DNA of 56,766 nt, filler included, from Basidioascus undulatus (lineage: Eukaryota), in the NCBI GenBank assembly GCA_000826855.1. It is 5 parts of 5 records of this genome, joined end to end, with 100 filler letters (N's around TTAATTAATTAA, not from the genome) between each part and the next. Parts side by side here need not be neighbours in the genome. Positions count along the whole stretch, not along the records: positions 24,620 to 35,269 come from JTLS01001103.1; positions 35,370 to 46,018 come from JTLS01001104.1; 3 more parts are not named here. One strand, written 5' to 3'. The notes under the pieces are model-generated. The model was not told the origin of the DNA. It saw only the letters and a program-made list of their open reading frames with translations, and ran no database searches. Both the position numbers and the translations under genes were made by a program. Within the stretch, counting starts at the first letter, position 1, and the number at the start of each line of letters is the position of its first letter. Positions 24,633 to 37,402 of the stretch are shown here, in pieces.

Positions 24633-26200
24633 ATGGATCCCGCCTTGATCTCCCTCCTAGAGCGCGAGGAGTACAAGCGCCTCAGCCCGTCGTCTATCGC
24701 TACGCTGCTCGAATTACAGGGCGCAGGCCTGCGTAACGACACGGCTTGGCTGTGCCCGATAAACATCTTCGCATACTGGACGATGCTCGTGGGTTTCCCC
24801 CTTGGGTTCACTGTGCTTGCTCCTGTGCATGTGTGCTAATAGACAGTCGGGCACGCAGTACGCCAGTGCCCGTTTTACAAGATGGGCATTCGGCCGCTCA
24901 TCCCCGGCGTTCCGGGGCTTGAACAATGAGCAGCAGAAGACATGCGTGATGTGTAAGTCCACCTCGTACACCTTAAGGTCTAAATGGACCATCCATGAAC
25001 GCAAGCGTGACCGGCTTCAGATATCCTTAACATCGTCGCAACCACCGCCGCCCTCGCCGTGCAACTCGTATGCTCGTCCTCGCTGGTCGAGGACTACACC
25101 GTCGCTGGCGTCCGGTCGGTTTTCGCGGCAGGATCCCTCATCAATGGACTGTGTAAGACTTTCTACTTTCGTGGAACTGGGACAGGACCGGGAGCTCATG
25201 GTGGAGTTGCGTTGCGCAGACTTGTTCGAGCTCGTCTACCGCGCCATGCGCCTGCAGATGATCATCCATCATCTGGCGACGTTGTTCATAATCTGTTTCA
25301 TTGCAATCTGTGAGTCCTTCTATGCAACTTTAGGGCATTTTGCGGCTGCGGGAGACTGAGACTGGGTAATGTTTACCAGACGTTGTGGATTCGCTTCATC
25401 CGTCGATCATTGCTACCTGCTACATCTGGTTTGTGGTCCAAACTCTCATGAAAATTTGTTTGGGTTATCTGAAATACTTCACGCTCCTTCCACAGGTTCT
25501 TCCAAGCGACAACGGAACAGACCATCTTCGTTGCTCTGCTTGCTTGTCCGTTGATTTGCTTTCGCCTGCCCCTGCTGCCTCTCCGGTAGGCGACCATTGC
25601 TGAATCGATTATGTCACTCCCCTCTCAACACAGACCGCCTCAAGTTTTCGCACAGATTCACGCGTATCATGCTGCGGTTCTCGGCTCTCCAAACGCTGGT
25701 CTTCAAGATGGCCTCTGCGATTGGGCTGCTGTGCGTCTTTCCCTATCGCTGTGAGAAATGATATGATACCCCAGAAGAAAGCAATATATGTTGAGCTGAA
25801 ATCCACCCCCGTCAACGCGCTGTGATCAGCGTCTGGTACGGTATCAAGCAGCGGCACAACACCGCAACGGCGTTCGACAAAGCCTACGCCGCGGTCCTCA
25901 TCCTCGTGCTGGCTATGCTGATGTGCACCCAATTGTAGGGGCCAGCTTCTTTTCAGTGTGGCCATGGTACCTTTTTCCGGCACACTCATACCATAACCCT
26001 CGGCTCCATTCAGCTACGGCTCCTGGATCGTCTGGATCCTCGCGCGCCGCGTCGAGCGCCGGCAGCAGACCGACGCGCGGGTGCTCCGTTCAAACACCTC
26101 CTCGCTGGGCGAGCTCTTCCCCCCGTCGGTGGATGAGAAGAAGGATGGACTGGACCTAGAGCGTCAGATGAGGTCTGTCGAGGCCCTCCCGGTTGTCTAG
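24633..26200 (+). CDS. Multi-pass membrane protein, TLC-domain-like, multi-exon
   Basis: Spliced hydrophobic exons including YILNIVATTAALAVQL, LFELVYRAMRLQMIIHHLATLFII (HH motif), FFQATTEQTIFVALL and YGSWIVWILARR. Stop TAG at 26198-26200. Confidence 0.65.
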
Positions 26201-28720
26201 ACATTGGTCATTCAGGTGCCATCACAGATAATAGACTGTTGGGCTCGGCTGTCAGCTGCGGCTGACGCTGACGTCCTCTTGCTGTGACTTCACTCGACGC
26301 GCGGTGTTTCATGGTGCGCTTCACCTCTTCGAATTCGACCCGCGCGCGTATGCGCACATTATGGGAAGCGCCAGGATATAGAAATCCATCACTAGGTAAA
26401 GGAACCGTGCCATATTCGCACTTCAAACTCAAGGGGCAGCAGACAGCATCCAAGCAGACCACTTGCCGCATGAGCCTCAATCTTGCCTTTCTGCGTCCGC
26501 TCTGTCGGAAATCCTCATGATTGTGCAGAATTTGATCGAAAGATCCGTCGACGAGCTTGAATACTCGAAGACGACCCCGCCGCCGCCTGGAGGGTATCAA
26601 CCCCCCTAACTGATCAACTTAAGCGCGGCGCCGCAGTTGGAGGTGGGGCGAGATACATATCGTACCTCGAATGAGGAAGCGCAACAGATACTGGGGGGTG
26701 TCACAGAGAATCACCTGGAGACAAACAGCCAATCCAGACTTTCAGTCCTCTCTATCACTTCAAACCCTCCTTTCGAACGAGGATGTTCTAGCATGCAAGA
26801 CGCTTCGTGGAACCGCCAACTCCGTCGAGCTTCTGAAGCGCAGCCTGAAGCTGAGAGTAGAGTACCATTAACAGCGGAGGCTTTAGGCTTTACTTTGCAA
26901 GATTCTAAGCTGAACATTGTCCAAGAGACGGCCAGAAGCGTGCCCGTCGGCGGGGTCTGCAAACGCACTCGGAACAAAGGTCGGGTTCGAGCAATCGCTC
27001 CAGCGGCGCGGATCGTCAGGGGCTCCCTGAGCAGCAGAACGACGCGCGCTCCAGCTGCTGGCTCAGAGTCGACCACGGCGGCTGTGTAAAGGAGCGAGCG
27101 CCTACTCATGACCCCTGCCATGCGCGGAGGAAGGGAGGCAGAGGCGGAGCTAACAGTGCAGGGATACTGGGAGGCAGAGGTGCTTACCAATCTCAAGTTT
27201 ATTTGCAATATTACTGTGATTTCCGGTCTCTTAGGACCTTGCAACTTGTAACAACCGCGTGTCGTCCTGGCGCTCGAACACCCCCCACCCGGTGCATCCG
27301 TACTGGCGGTCTTCGCGACCCCTGTGAAGCCCTCAAACCTTTCCAGCAATTCGAAGGTGTCTAGAGACGGGGAACAGCTCACTTCAGGACCTCGACGTCG
27401 AGGGAACCTGCAGCTCCCGGTGACATGCATATGTCAACTTCCGCCCATCATGCCAGTACGTACGGGAAGCAGACGGACCTTGCTTGAAGACCCCGGCCTC
27501 AAAACTCCAGTGGCCCCGGATATGGTCGTCACAATAGCGGTCGCCTGGGCGTCGGTATCTACAGACGAGAAGAAAGGGAACATGTCGTGGTGCAGTAACA
27601 TAACGTTGTGCCCCGGGAACGTGTCACTGCGTTGGTCATTCCAGCACCATAATACTAGGCATTAAAACCCAGATATCCGAGAATCGCAGACAAGAGTCCC
27701 TCACACCACATCGCCATTGCCAGGAGCTGCGAGCTGTCCACCTCGCGCTCGCGTCACGGCTTGCAGAGCTTCGCAAGCTTCTGGTCGGCTGCGGTGTTGT
27801 GGGCGGACATTGTGCGCTGGATAGATAGAACTATGAAAACGTGTCTGTACGATTGAGGCACTTGAAGATTTGGTCAATCAATGAGGATCGACGTCCCCAA
27901 CGGGCTCAGGATTTTATATGGAGCTGTGCAGGTCGTCCCTCCCCCCATGTGATGAAAGCAGGCGTCCCCGGGAATTTATAGACCAGTTTCGGTTGAGTGG
28001 AGCAGGAAGGCCTGTTTTTGCATGCCTCGCGGATGTGACACACGTGACGAGGTCCACCGTTAGCCGGTGAGCGGTGATTTCAGCTGGGACAAGTGCAATG
28101 TATCTTGATAAAAAAACAGCACACTTGGGTTGCTATGCTTTTTTTTACCAGAACAAGAAGCCCGAGAGACCTCGGGAGTCTTGAGATGTCGTGAAACAGC
28201 AGCCCGCTGCAAGTCCACATGCACCAGACTCTTCTCTGCACCAATGACTTTATAGCTGACGCGCTGTTCTGAGGCCTCATAAAAGTACATAGAGCAATAC
28301 TCAGCACGTACGGCTCTCAGGACAACAGTGAGAGACAGCTGAATAGAAAGCGAGGACTGCCGCCTCTTCCAGCACAAGAATCAACTGAAAGAGCGTGAAG
28401 CTGATCGTGCCGAGTGAAGGTTTATTCGAAGTCCATCCAAATGCAAGCGCATACGACTCAAACTTGAGTGGATCATGGCGCTTTCGAGACCATCAAACCG
28501 GCAGTTGCATGCCTGCAGAACAGCCTCGCAACAACGGCCTGCTTCGGGCTGTTCGAGTATCTATGTTGAGAAGTCATCTTAATGAAAGAATTGATTACTT
28601 GAATCGCCTCTTATCCCTCATTCATATTTTTAGAGCCATCGCATTGTCGCAATAAATGCATCTGATATCCTCACATCATCCCTCAACGGAACCCTGGCCG
28701 TCCAGCGCCTGCCCTGTCGC

Positions 28721-31061
28721 TTACAGATCAGCCGCAACGACGGACTGCCTCAGCGGATGGGACGGTGGCGGCGGCGGCATGGATCCAGCTGGCGGCGGGG
28801 CGGGGTTGATGCGGTTCGGAACGTCGAGCATTGCGCAAAGCGCTTCGGTCTGCGGATTCGTATACCAGCTCGCTGTTGTCCCCGAGACGCTCCAAGTAAG
28901 CATCGACTTCGGAAAGGACCGTCGTCCGCAGGACAAGAGACGAAGGCGACGCACGTTGCCCCTCCCATTCCCCGCCCTCTTCTCCAGTCCCATAAGCCGG
29001 CGCCGTCTTCGCAAACGCCTGTACGCTCTCCACCTCTACACCCGTGAACTGCTCCTCACACCAGCCGAGCTGGCCCTCGACCATGCTGCGCGCCTCGTCC
29101 CGCGGCGGCAGGGTAATCGCTTGTCGCGTGATGGAGAGGAACGGGTGCAGCGCGCGCGTGATGGCGAGCCAATGCGGGTCGAAGGTGAGCGTGGGCGGAG
29201 AGTCGGGGGCGACGGCGACGGGCGTGGGGATGTCGAGGATCTGAGGGTGGTCGGGTGGAAGTTAGTGATGGATGCGCGAGAGGAACGGGGAAGAAATGTG
29301 CGAACTTGAAGGAAATCTCGGTTCGGGAGGCACTTGTCGAGCGCGAGGAACTTCGTCTCTTGTGCGGCTTGTGGCAGCAAAGCCGCAGCAACGGCAGGAG
29401 CGGCCGCACCCACCGTCTTATCACCGATGATCGCGATGTCCTCCGGATTGTTCTGCCCCGCCACGTCCGCGGAGGAAGTCTCACGGCCAGCGTCCGTCTG
29501 TCCCTGACCCGACGTGTCCTCATCCCCAATCACGATTGGGTTCGCGTCCGCGCCTGCCCGTACGCGCTCGAGGACAGTCACCCTCTCGTCTATTGGCGGA
29601 TCGCCAGCAGCAGCGGCGGCCGCTGCGACGGGTTTCGGCGGGAGGAACGAGGGGGGTGCGGGTGGCAGAGCCGGCGAGTCGGATGCCTCGCGAGTCGATG
29701 GCGGCTCCTCGTCGTCCGACAAGTCGACGGCGATCTCATCGGGGTTCGGTGCAGGAGCAGCCGTAGCGTCCTCGTTCAAGTCGATGGCGATCTCATCGGG
29801 ATTCGGATCCGCCGCGGTTCCCGCCGCGGGCTCAGCTTCAGCGTCTCTGTAAGAGACTTGCTGTGCTACAGGGCGCGCGTTGTGTCCGGCAATCGCGGGG
29901 CGCGCCCCGTCGGGCCGCCAGAGTGCCGCAAACTTGACGTGCAGGTGCGCAGCGAACCAGTAGTCCGGTCGGAGGTTGTTTAGGAGGCTGGCGAGGGGAG
30001 GGGACCCGAGGTCGTTCTTGTTGATCTGGACGTCATGGGAAAGCAAAATAGTAAGCAAGGAGAGAGGGTCGGGGGAGTGTAAGAAAGAAAATGCCGGGCA
30101 CTTCGTCTCGAAAGAAAGGCTTGCGGCGGATAAGACCCTGTATGTCCCCGTACTGCTCAATTCCAAGCGGCCAGTCATGCGAGATGAAGATGTCGGGTCT
30201 GGGAAGCTGCGGATGCATGAACAAACGGATGAGAAGCGTGGAAGGTGTATGAGAGAAGTCTAAGGTGCACACAAGTGAGAGGCGGAAAATGTCGTACTCG
30301 CGCGTGTGGTAGCACGAGCGTATGGAGGAAGGTGTGTACGGTATCGACTCGTAGTGGCCTGTAGCTGGGTGGATGAGAAGAAGACGCGCGACAGAGCTGC
30401 AGATGAGGGCGCACCAATGCGGTAGTCGCCCACCTTCCAAATGCCGCTCGCGCCCGATATCCTCAGGCCATTGACCATCACCGACCCGGCGCAGCCAAGG
30501 TAGTAGATGTTCGGCGCCAGCCATCCTCCATGGTACCTGATATCCGCACCTGCCCCGTTCAGCGTGTTCTTATCAAAGAGATTGATTGAACAACGACGTA
30601 CAACTCCCACATGTAGCCACTACTCTCATGATTCCCTCCAATCGTGATGGTCAAGACCGGCGCAGCCTTTTGCCCCGAGTAGTACGAGTGGAAGGACCCG
30701 AGTGCCTTGTATTTTTGGGGCACGGCGAGAGTGTGCAGGTCGGACGGGTTGCGGAGCGCCTGGACTTTCGTTGTGAGGCGTGTAAGCGCGTACGACGCCA
30801 AAGGGGAGTAGAGCAGACGCGCCTGGAAATCGCCACAGACCAAGAGGAGGTCCACCTTGGTCGACGTGCGCGTTTCCACCTCAGCGATTGACGCATAAAT
30901 GGCGTCGAGCTCGCCTATGACAGGCGGATCAGCTTCGACCGTGGAAGAACCAGTCGAGATGCAGACCATGGCAGCACCCCTCGACCGCAATCTATGATAT
31001 TGTGTCCAGAGTCAGAGATCTTGATATGGTCAAGCGTATCGGACTCATTGCGCACCCTCAT
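28721..31061 (-). CDS. DBR1: RNA lariat debranching enzyme Dbr1, multi-exon
   Basis: [89 protein letters not shown]. All metallophosphoesterase motifs are present. Confidence 0.96.
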
Positions 31062-31490
31062 ATTGCGGTAAACGTTGGCAGCGTTAAAGAAAGAAGGGAA
31101 GTAAAGAAGTAAGTCCAGTCGCAAACGCGGGGTGTTGTCGGGCAGCGATCCGCGGTCGGCACGCGGTTGCACTTGAGTGCATCGCTTTTTGAACATTTTG
31201 AAGCGTTTTGCAGCGTTGCACGCAGGTCGAGCCTTTTCAACGTCTGTTACACAGTCGTTATTGCAAGATATCCAGTATGGCTTCTCAGATTACTGACAAA
31301 ATCTATCAGATCAAGTCTAAGACAGCCCGATCAGCAACCTGAACAAAATCGAAGCTCTTTGCCCAAAGGTGCATTGGCAACGCTCTCTTGCCCGTAGGTT
31401 CTTACGGCTTACTGTTTATGCCAGAAACACCCAATATTGCGGCGGGGCAGTAAAAAAAAAATTCTCATACGAGCACTCATTCTAGCAACT

Positions 31491-33651
31491 TCAAAGGAGG
31501 CGCAAGGAATACTGCATCGAAAGCGAATATGCGAAGGACTCGATCTGGAGGCCGAAGTACAGTGGGGAGATCTGGTAGTCGTCGAAGTAGTCCTTCTCTT
31601 TAGACGTAAAAGGTGGGACAAAGAGATGAACGAGTGACAAGACGATCTCATGCACGGCATTGTAACAGTCTGCCCTATGGCTGGCCAACTCGAGCGTCGC
31701 CAACCTCACGTCCGGCGCGGTGAAGCTGTCTTCGCGCTTGACGTGGTATTGCTTCTCCGCTTCGAAGCCTCGACGTCCGTCCCGCTTTTGGGGCGCCTCG
31801 GGTCAGAAAGGCGGCCAGGAGGCGGGCGGCGCTCTGGACTTTCCGTATGTTCTCGCTGTTATCAAACGCGCTGGGCAACCGCAAGCGAAACAGTATATGT
31901 CCGTCCCAATGCATAACCCCAAACCATTCATCCTGACAAAGCTTGGTAATCCAGCCTTCCCCGGGCAGGCCGAGATGCACATCGTTGTGCTGCCCAAGGC
32001 GACTCTGATCTAGACAGCGCTGCTCGTCGGACACCGCCACGGCGCGCAGTGTCGGGCAGGCACGCTCGATTGCGTCCGCCAGATCTCGACGCTCCTCCAC
32101 AGAGTTTTCCGCTCGGCTTGTTCAGATGCTGAAGAAGCTAAGGCTCGGAAATCGCGAGAACGCCGCTGGAATGGTGCGTCGCTGATCTCGGGCAAAGGAG
32201 CCTGACAAGTAATTAGCAGCTCAACGCAACAAACTCCTTGAGTCGCACTGGCAAGTTCGCGAGCGAAGGGAAAGGCGCCCGGTTCGACGCGCCAGTCGCC
32301 GAGGGCCAGCGAGCGGAGGCGTGGAAGGGCGGACAGAACGCGCAGGAACGAGGGCCTGCGCATCCGCCGTTCCGGTGGTGGATTCGGAAACCAATAAGAG
32401 TTCCGGCCGATTTGAAGACGCTGAAGGTTGCATCCGTTGTTCAAGAGAAACTCGGCGAGAGTGTCGTACAAGCCGTAGATGAGGGGAGCAGAAGCTGCCG
32501 CCTGGAAATCGCGCGGTAGGGGAGCGTTGGCGCAGAGCGTGTGAAGAGAGGTGAATGCGCGACACTGGCCGAGGGCATCGATGAATTGATCGAGATCGCG
32601 AGTGTTGACGTCGCAGAGGACGAGCGTCGTGACCGCAGAGCCGAAGGTCGACGAGGACAAGGAGGTCGGGAGAACGTTCGGGATATCTGCGTCGTCCAGT
32701 ACCAGCCCCGAGAGCTCGAGCACAAAGAAGTGCGCAAGATCGGAACAGGAAAGCCTGGTGACCGGCAAGTCTCTGGAACCGCGAGCTTGCAGAAAGATTG
32801 AATACCCTGACTCGGGAGAGCTTCAGGCAGCGTAGGCTGGGCGGGACCATAATACGTCGAGAAGGAGTGGCAATGTAAGCGTTGACGCTGTCGACCTCGA
32901 GCGAGCGAAGGTACCGGAAGCGGCGAAAATCGAGGATCTCGACGAACAAAGACTGATTGAGATCGATCGAGCCACGGTGCGAGGGCCTTGTTCAGTGCTT
33001 GCTAGATGCCTAAGGGCGAGCTTTATACTCACCGAATATCGATCACCTCCACCTGTGAACGGAGTTTCTGAAGGACGTCAAACACGTCCAAGTCGGGCAG
33101 CATGTTCGTTACGAACGTGAATGCGCGAAGTCGCGGGGTGAGTTTGAGAACGTGGCCGACACCTATTCCAAATGTAGACAGTGAGGTAATCTTTCAGCCC
33201 ATTACTACCTCACAGTCCGAAAAGAGAAAAGAGGGGCGCACGAGCAGCAATATCGAACAGACTTATCTCGCTCACGTCGCTCCTTCTCGCGGACGGCAAG
33301 TCGACCTCCACCCTCCTCAGCGCCCTCAGCAGCTCCGGCGCAGCCTCCACTCTCTTGAGACGCACCCTGAGCACCCGCATCGCGCGGCGTTTGTACCACG
33401 ACACGCAGCGTCTCGAACACCGGAGCAAAGGCCGCATCGTGCAGGTCCTTTGCGATCGACGGCGGCGCAACGGCCAGGCACGCGACGAGCTCCGGGTCGG
33501 ACGTCAGGTGCGAGACAATGTCCGTCCAGATCCCGGCGAGAAGGGCATCGAGTAGAGCAACATCGGGGTTTGGGAGGGGGGAGTGTGAAAGGCTGTGAGG
33601 AGAAAGCAGGAGGTCAAGGCGTGTTCGAAAGCTTGTGCGCGGCAGGCTCAT
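31491..33651 (-). pseudogene. F-box/LRR (RNI-like) gene, apparently frameshifted
   Basis: IWTDIVSHL start and repeated LRR-like units (LRRVEVDL, LRSLEV, LRCLKLS, LHTLCA, LQRLQIG, LPRLRSLALG) spread over different frames without matching introns. Confidence 0.5.
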
Positions 33652-34997
33652 CGCGTCGGAATCATACTCGCTGAGCCTTTTTTCTTCAACCACCTCCTTC
33701 CTGGTTAACATTTTCGCATTTTGGAAGTGCCAAGTAGATCATCTTAACCTCGTTTGCCAGCTCCGTCTTTACGGCGTGATGAGTCTTAGCCTCGCAGGCA
33801 AGCCTCAGGGCCTCTACCGGTTGGTCTCTGTTATCCGCCCTCTTGAGAAACTTAGAAGTGTGCCTATAGTCGTCATGTACCCAATCGGCGAAGGCTGTTT
33901 TGGGAATGAATACGGAGTAAGACTGACAACAGAGGTATAGTTCAGGCTCAAGTCGTCCTGTCCAGCAGTTGTACCTACACGTATCTGAAAATGAACTGGT
34001 AAAGAACTGGATGGCACTGTTCCAAAACGGATTTCATTAAACCTTCATCTCGAATGTGTGCACAGCGGCACAGATAATGGGGTAAGGAAGGGAGAACGGG
34101 TCACCCTACTGAGTTGGGTGGAACTCCAGACCTTCCAGGACTTCCTGACGCTCTATTCACCTCTCCATTCAGTTTCGTACATTTCTTGCTTACGCTGGTG
34201 CTTTACCTAAATAAGTCCTAGAATGTAACAGGGTGTGGCTACTCCTATTCTTGGAGAGGACTGGTTGTGCTGAACAAGCGACGGCAGTTTGTTTCCTCAC
34301 TCTATCACATCCACAACGTTTAGACGACACCTTTTTAGGCGGGCATACTTACACGACGCACTTCAGCATGGCGTACCCCTCAAGTACAGCCGTGCGCTCG
34401 CGCTCGGAACTGTTGAGCGACCATCCTCTGGCAGTCGGCGTACATGCCGCTGCCCTGTGCGCCCATGCCCCGACGAGCGGAAAGGAAGTTCACCGCCATC
34501 TCGGAAGATCTCGGTAGTCATTTACAGGAGCTGGGCAGGGGACAATCTTAGGAGCCAGATGGCCAGAGGGAGCAGCTGAGCGGTGCATGCGCGACTTTCC
34601 TTTCCGCACAGCGCACAAGCTCCCGCATGCATCTGGGCCGCCGCTCAATCACAACCAATTCTATCAATTGGGTCAATTCAATCAACCCATCAACCACTCG
34701 AACAATCGTCAACTGGAAACACGTGCCCAAACCCCGCGGGCGAGGTGGTCCAGCGGAGAAGTAGGAATGAGGAGGGGTATACATGCGAGTGAGACGAACA
34801 AACAAAGAAACAAGGAACGACGAGCGACAAGGGGAGCGCGGAAGTACAACGGCGTGATGAGTAGTAAAAGAATGGTACAAGCAGGATCAACAGTACTAAT
34901 GAGCAGCGATGCGAGGTAAGGACACAAGGAAGAGGAGGGAGGGGGAGGGAATGGCGGAGGGGAGGAGGAAGAAAGAAGAGAGGAGGGGGGCACGACT

Positions 34998-35096
34998 TTA
35001 CCAGTCCCCCTGCAAATCGACGTCCACCAGACTATCCCCCGCCGATGTAAACGCAATCACCTTCTTCCCGATGATCCCCACCAGGAGGGCGGCGAT
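34998..35096 (-). CDS. Terminal exon of an unknown gene (rest lies off the contig)
   Basis: CAG acceptor, then IAALLVGIIGKKVIAFTSAGDSLVDVDLQGDW-TAA, followed by a CT-rich 3' UTR-like tract. Confidence 0.45.
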   Translation of the reverse strand: MAALLVGIIGKKVIAFTSAGDSLVDVDLQGDW

Positions 35097-35269
35097 CTGT
35101 CCGTCCCACCCATCCACCCGCCATCAGCATCGCTTCATCGTCATCTCGGTTCAAGGGAAACAGGAAGAGGGAGGGAAGAAGCGGAAGCACGTACTCCAAT
35201 GATCAGCGCTAGTTTTGGACTGGGTGGAAGAGGGAAAATGGTAGAGGGCGGGAGAAGAGAGGAAAGCAC

Positions 35270-35369
35270 NNNNNNNNNNNNNNNNNNNNNNNNNNNNNNN
35301 NNNNNNNNNNNNNTTAATTAATTAANNNNNNNNNNNNNNNNNNNNNNNNNNNNNNNNNNNNNNNNNNNN
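35270..35369. other. Artificial contig spacer
   Basis: N44-TTAATTAATTAA-N44. Confidence 0.98.
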
Positions 35370-36322
35370 TGACGGCTGGGACTGGGGCTGGGGCTGGGGC
35401 TGGTTCTGTACGGAATGGAAGAAAGTTAGCACATGGCGCTGTACTTTCATATTACAACACGATACGTACCGAGCCGGGACCTTCGCCATCCCACCACCTG
35501 TTCGTCGGGTAGGGTGGTCAGGCTGTAGTCTTCGGGATGCATCGTGGAAAGTGACGTACCATTCCATCTGGAAGCGGCCCGTTCCAACCGGCTCGAAGAT
35601 CGTGAAAAGGCCCTCGCTGAAATCAAGGGAGCCATACGAACAACCTAGGTAAACCGTGCGCGAAGAGAATCAGTCATGTTGCTGGATATTGGCAGTGCGC
35701 TATGCTCACCCGGGCATTCATCCTTTACGACAGCGTGAACAATCCTGCCTCGGTACGAAATGGTCAAGCCACGGTTGCACATAGGCCCCGGGTATGAGAC
35801 ATATGATCTGTCGCAGTAACGAATTCGAATTTCAGTAACTGCCAAGCAGTAAATTTCAGGCGCGACTATAGAACTTACTGGAATTGCGGACTGTTGAGTG
35901 CGACAATCTAAAGGATCGGGATAAGTTCGGGGTATACCAGCAGGGGAGTCACGTTGAATGGTCACCATGTCGCCCGGGTTTGACCAATCTCCACAAGCTG
36001 AAGAGCCTAGCATAAGTCGAGTACAGACAGGTAAGAGAAGGCTGTGGCTGACGACTCACCGCCGAGACCGGTCTGTAACAGTTGCCGAGAGTTAGTCGCT
36101 GCCCCATACTCGGCATGCAGCTAAGCATTCACTTACAGCGTAATAGGTAGCATCACCGCTGAAAGCTCGCTTGGAATGCGTGTGCAACTCGCCTTCGGCT
36201 GTACCGTTGACAGCGCGCTCAGACGCTGCGGCGGCGCGCTTGTGGTGATGCCTACGCGCAGAGCCGTGCGAGTGGGCGGTGACAGAGACCGCAAGGGCGG
36301 CGAGGAAGAGAGCGAGCTTCAT
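35370..36322 (-). CDS. Secreted RlpA-like double-psi beta-barrel (expansin/loosenin-like) protein; 3' truncated
   Basis: Signal peptide MKLALFLAALAVSVTA and KR sites, then FSGDATYYA|TGLGA|CG..|IVALNSPQF|..CNRGLTISYRG..VKDECPG|CSYGSLDFSEGLF. A Pro/Ala repeat tail runs off the contig. Confidence 0.88.
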
Positions 36323-37169
36323 GGCTCACACTTGCCTACGGGCGGCAGTGCAGGAAAGGGGCTAAGTTCTGAGCAGCAGGGGAGCAGGCGGTGCTGGCAG
36401 GCGGGCGAAACGAGCGATGTTGGAACGAGTGTGACTGCCGGGTTGGCGAGTTGTAGGCCGATCCACAGCGACTGTGCGATGATCGGTCGAACGGTAGTAC
36501 AGCGGTCAGGAAGAGAACGAAGATGATAGACGAGGGTAAGGAGTCAAGCAGCAAGGGGCATCTAGGAGGACGACGTCGAACGAGGAGAACCTGAGGAGCA
36601 ATGCGAGTTCATTGTCTCAGCCACGGCTTGGCTCTTGGCACTGGCCCTTCAGCCGGACAGCGATATCCGTCAGTACATTGGCGTGGACAATGGCAATGAG
36701 GATCTTGAAGAAGGAAAGACCGAAAGAACTCTGCGCCAGTAGTGATGATGGCCCGCAAGAAAACCGGAAGACTGAGGCGAATTTGGGCGAAACGACTGTG
36801 GGGCTAAGCCGATGTCAGGCAGCGGGCGTCGGAAGAACGCGTCCACAAAGCCCTTTGTTACTTGCACGTCAGCTTAAGAAATCTGAGGCTCATTTTTCTC
36901 TTCCATGGAAACACTAAGGCGACATGAGTCTGCCAAATAATGCGGGTCTCCATTCCTGTGGAGCCTGGGTTGAAGCGAGAATATTGAATGCACCGTCACT
37001 GACAGGCTGACGTCCTGTAGATCTCAACAGGCTCGAAGTTCGCGCCGCTCATGAAGAATGACTTACGAAGTATAGAACTTCTTTTCTTAATTCTCTTTTC
37101 GATTTGCCAGCACAGGGGATTCAAAGCAGGCTGTTTGAGCTTGCAGCGGAAGATTACATAAGCCGGAAG

Positions 37170-37212
37170 ACGCGGGTCGCGACGCGACTTTGATGAAGAC
37201 CGAAAGACGCGT
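37170..37212 (+). promoter_or_regulatory. MCB-like (MluI cell-cycle box) cluster upstream of POL2
   Basis: ACGCGG at 37170, ACGCGA at 37182 and a perfect ACGCGT at 37207-37212, about 190-230 nt upstream of the ATG. MBF/MCB control of replication genes is established in fungi. Confidence 0.55.
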
Positions 37213-37402
37213 CGAGTCCGCCCTGGCAGATGGCGGCTCTCCTCACCACCTTCTTCTCCTCGCTCATACCTCTTTGCAATATTCCCTTCAGCCTGTCTGT
37301 ACGATCCCACATATAAATCACAGCTCACACCAGCACCGGCTCTTGCATACCCACCCGCCTAGTCCCGCCCCGCCGTCTTTGCGCGTCTGACACCTCCCCC
37401 CG

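Noticed and set aside
26637..27813. Possible gene remnant on the minus strand
   Set aside because: Fragments with stops and no identifiable family; cannot be supported by eye.
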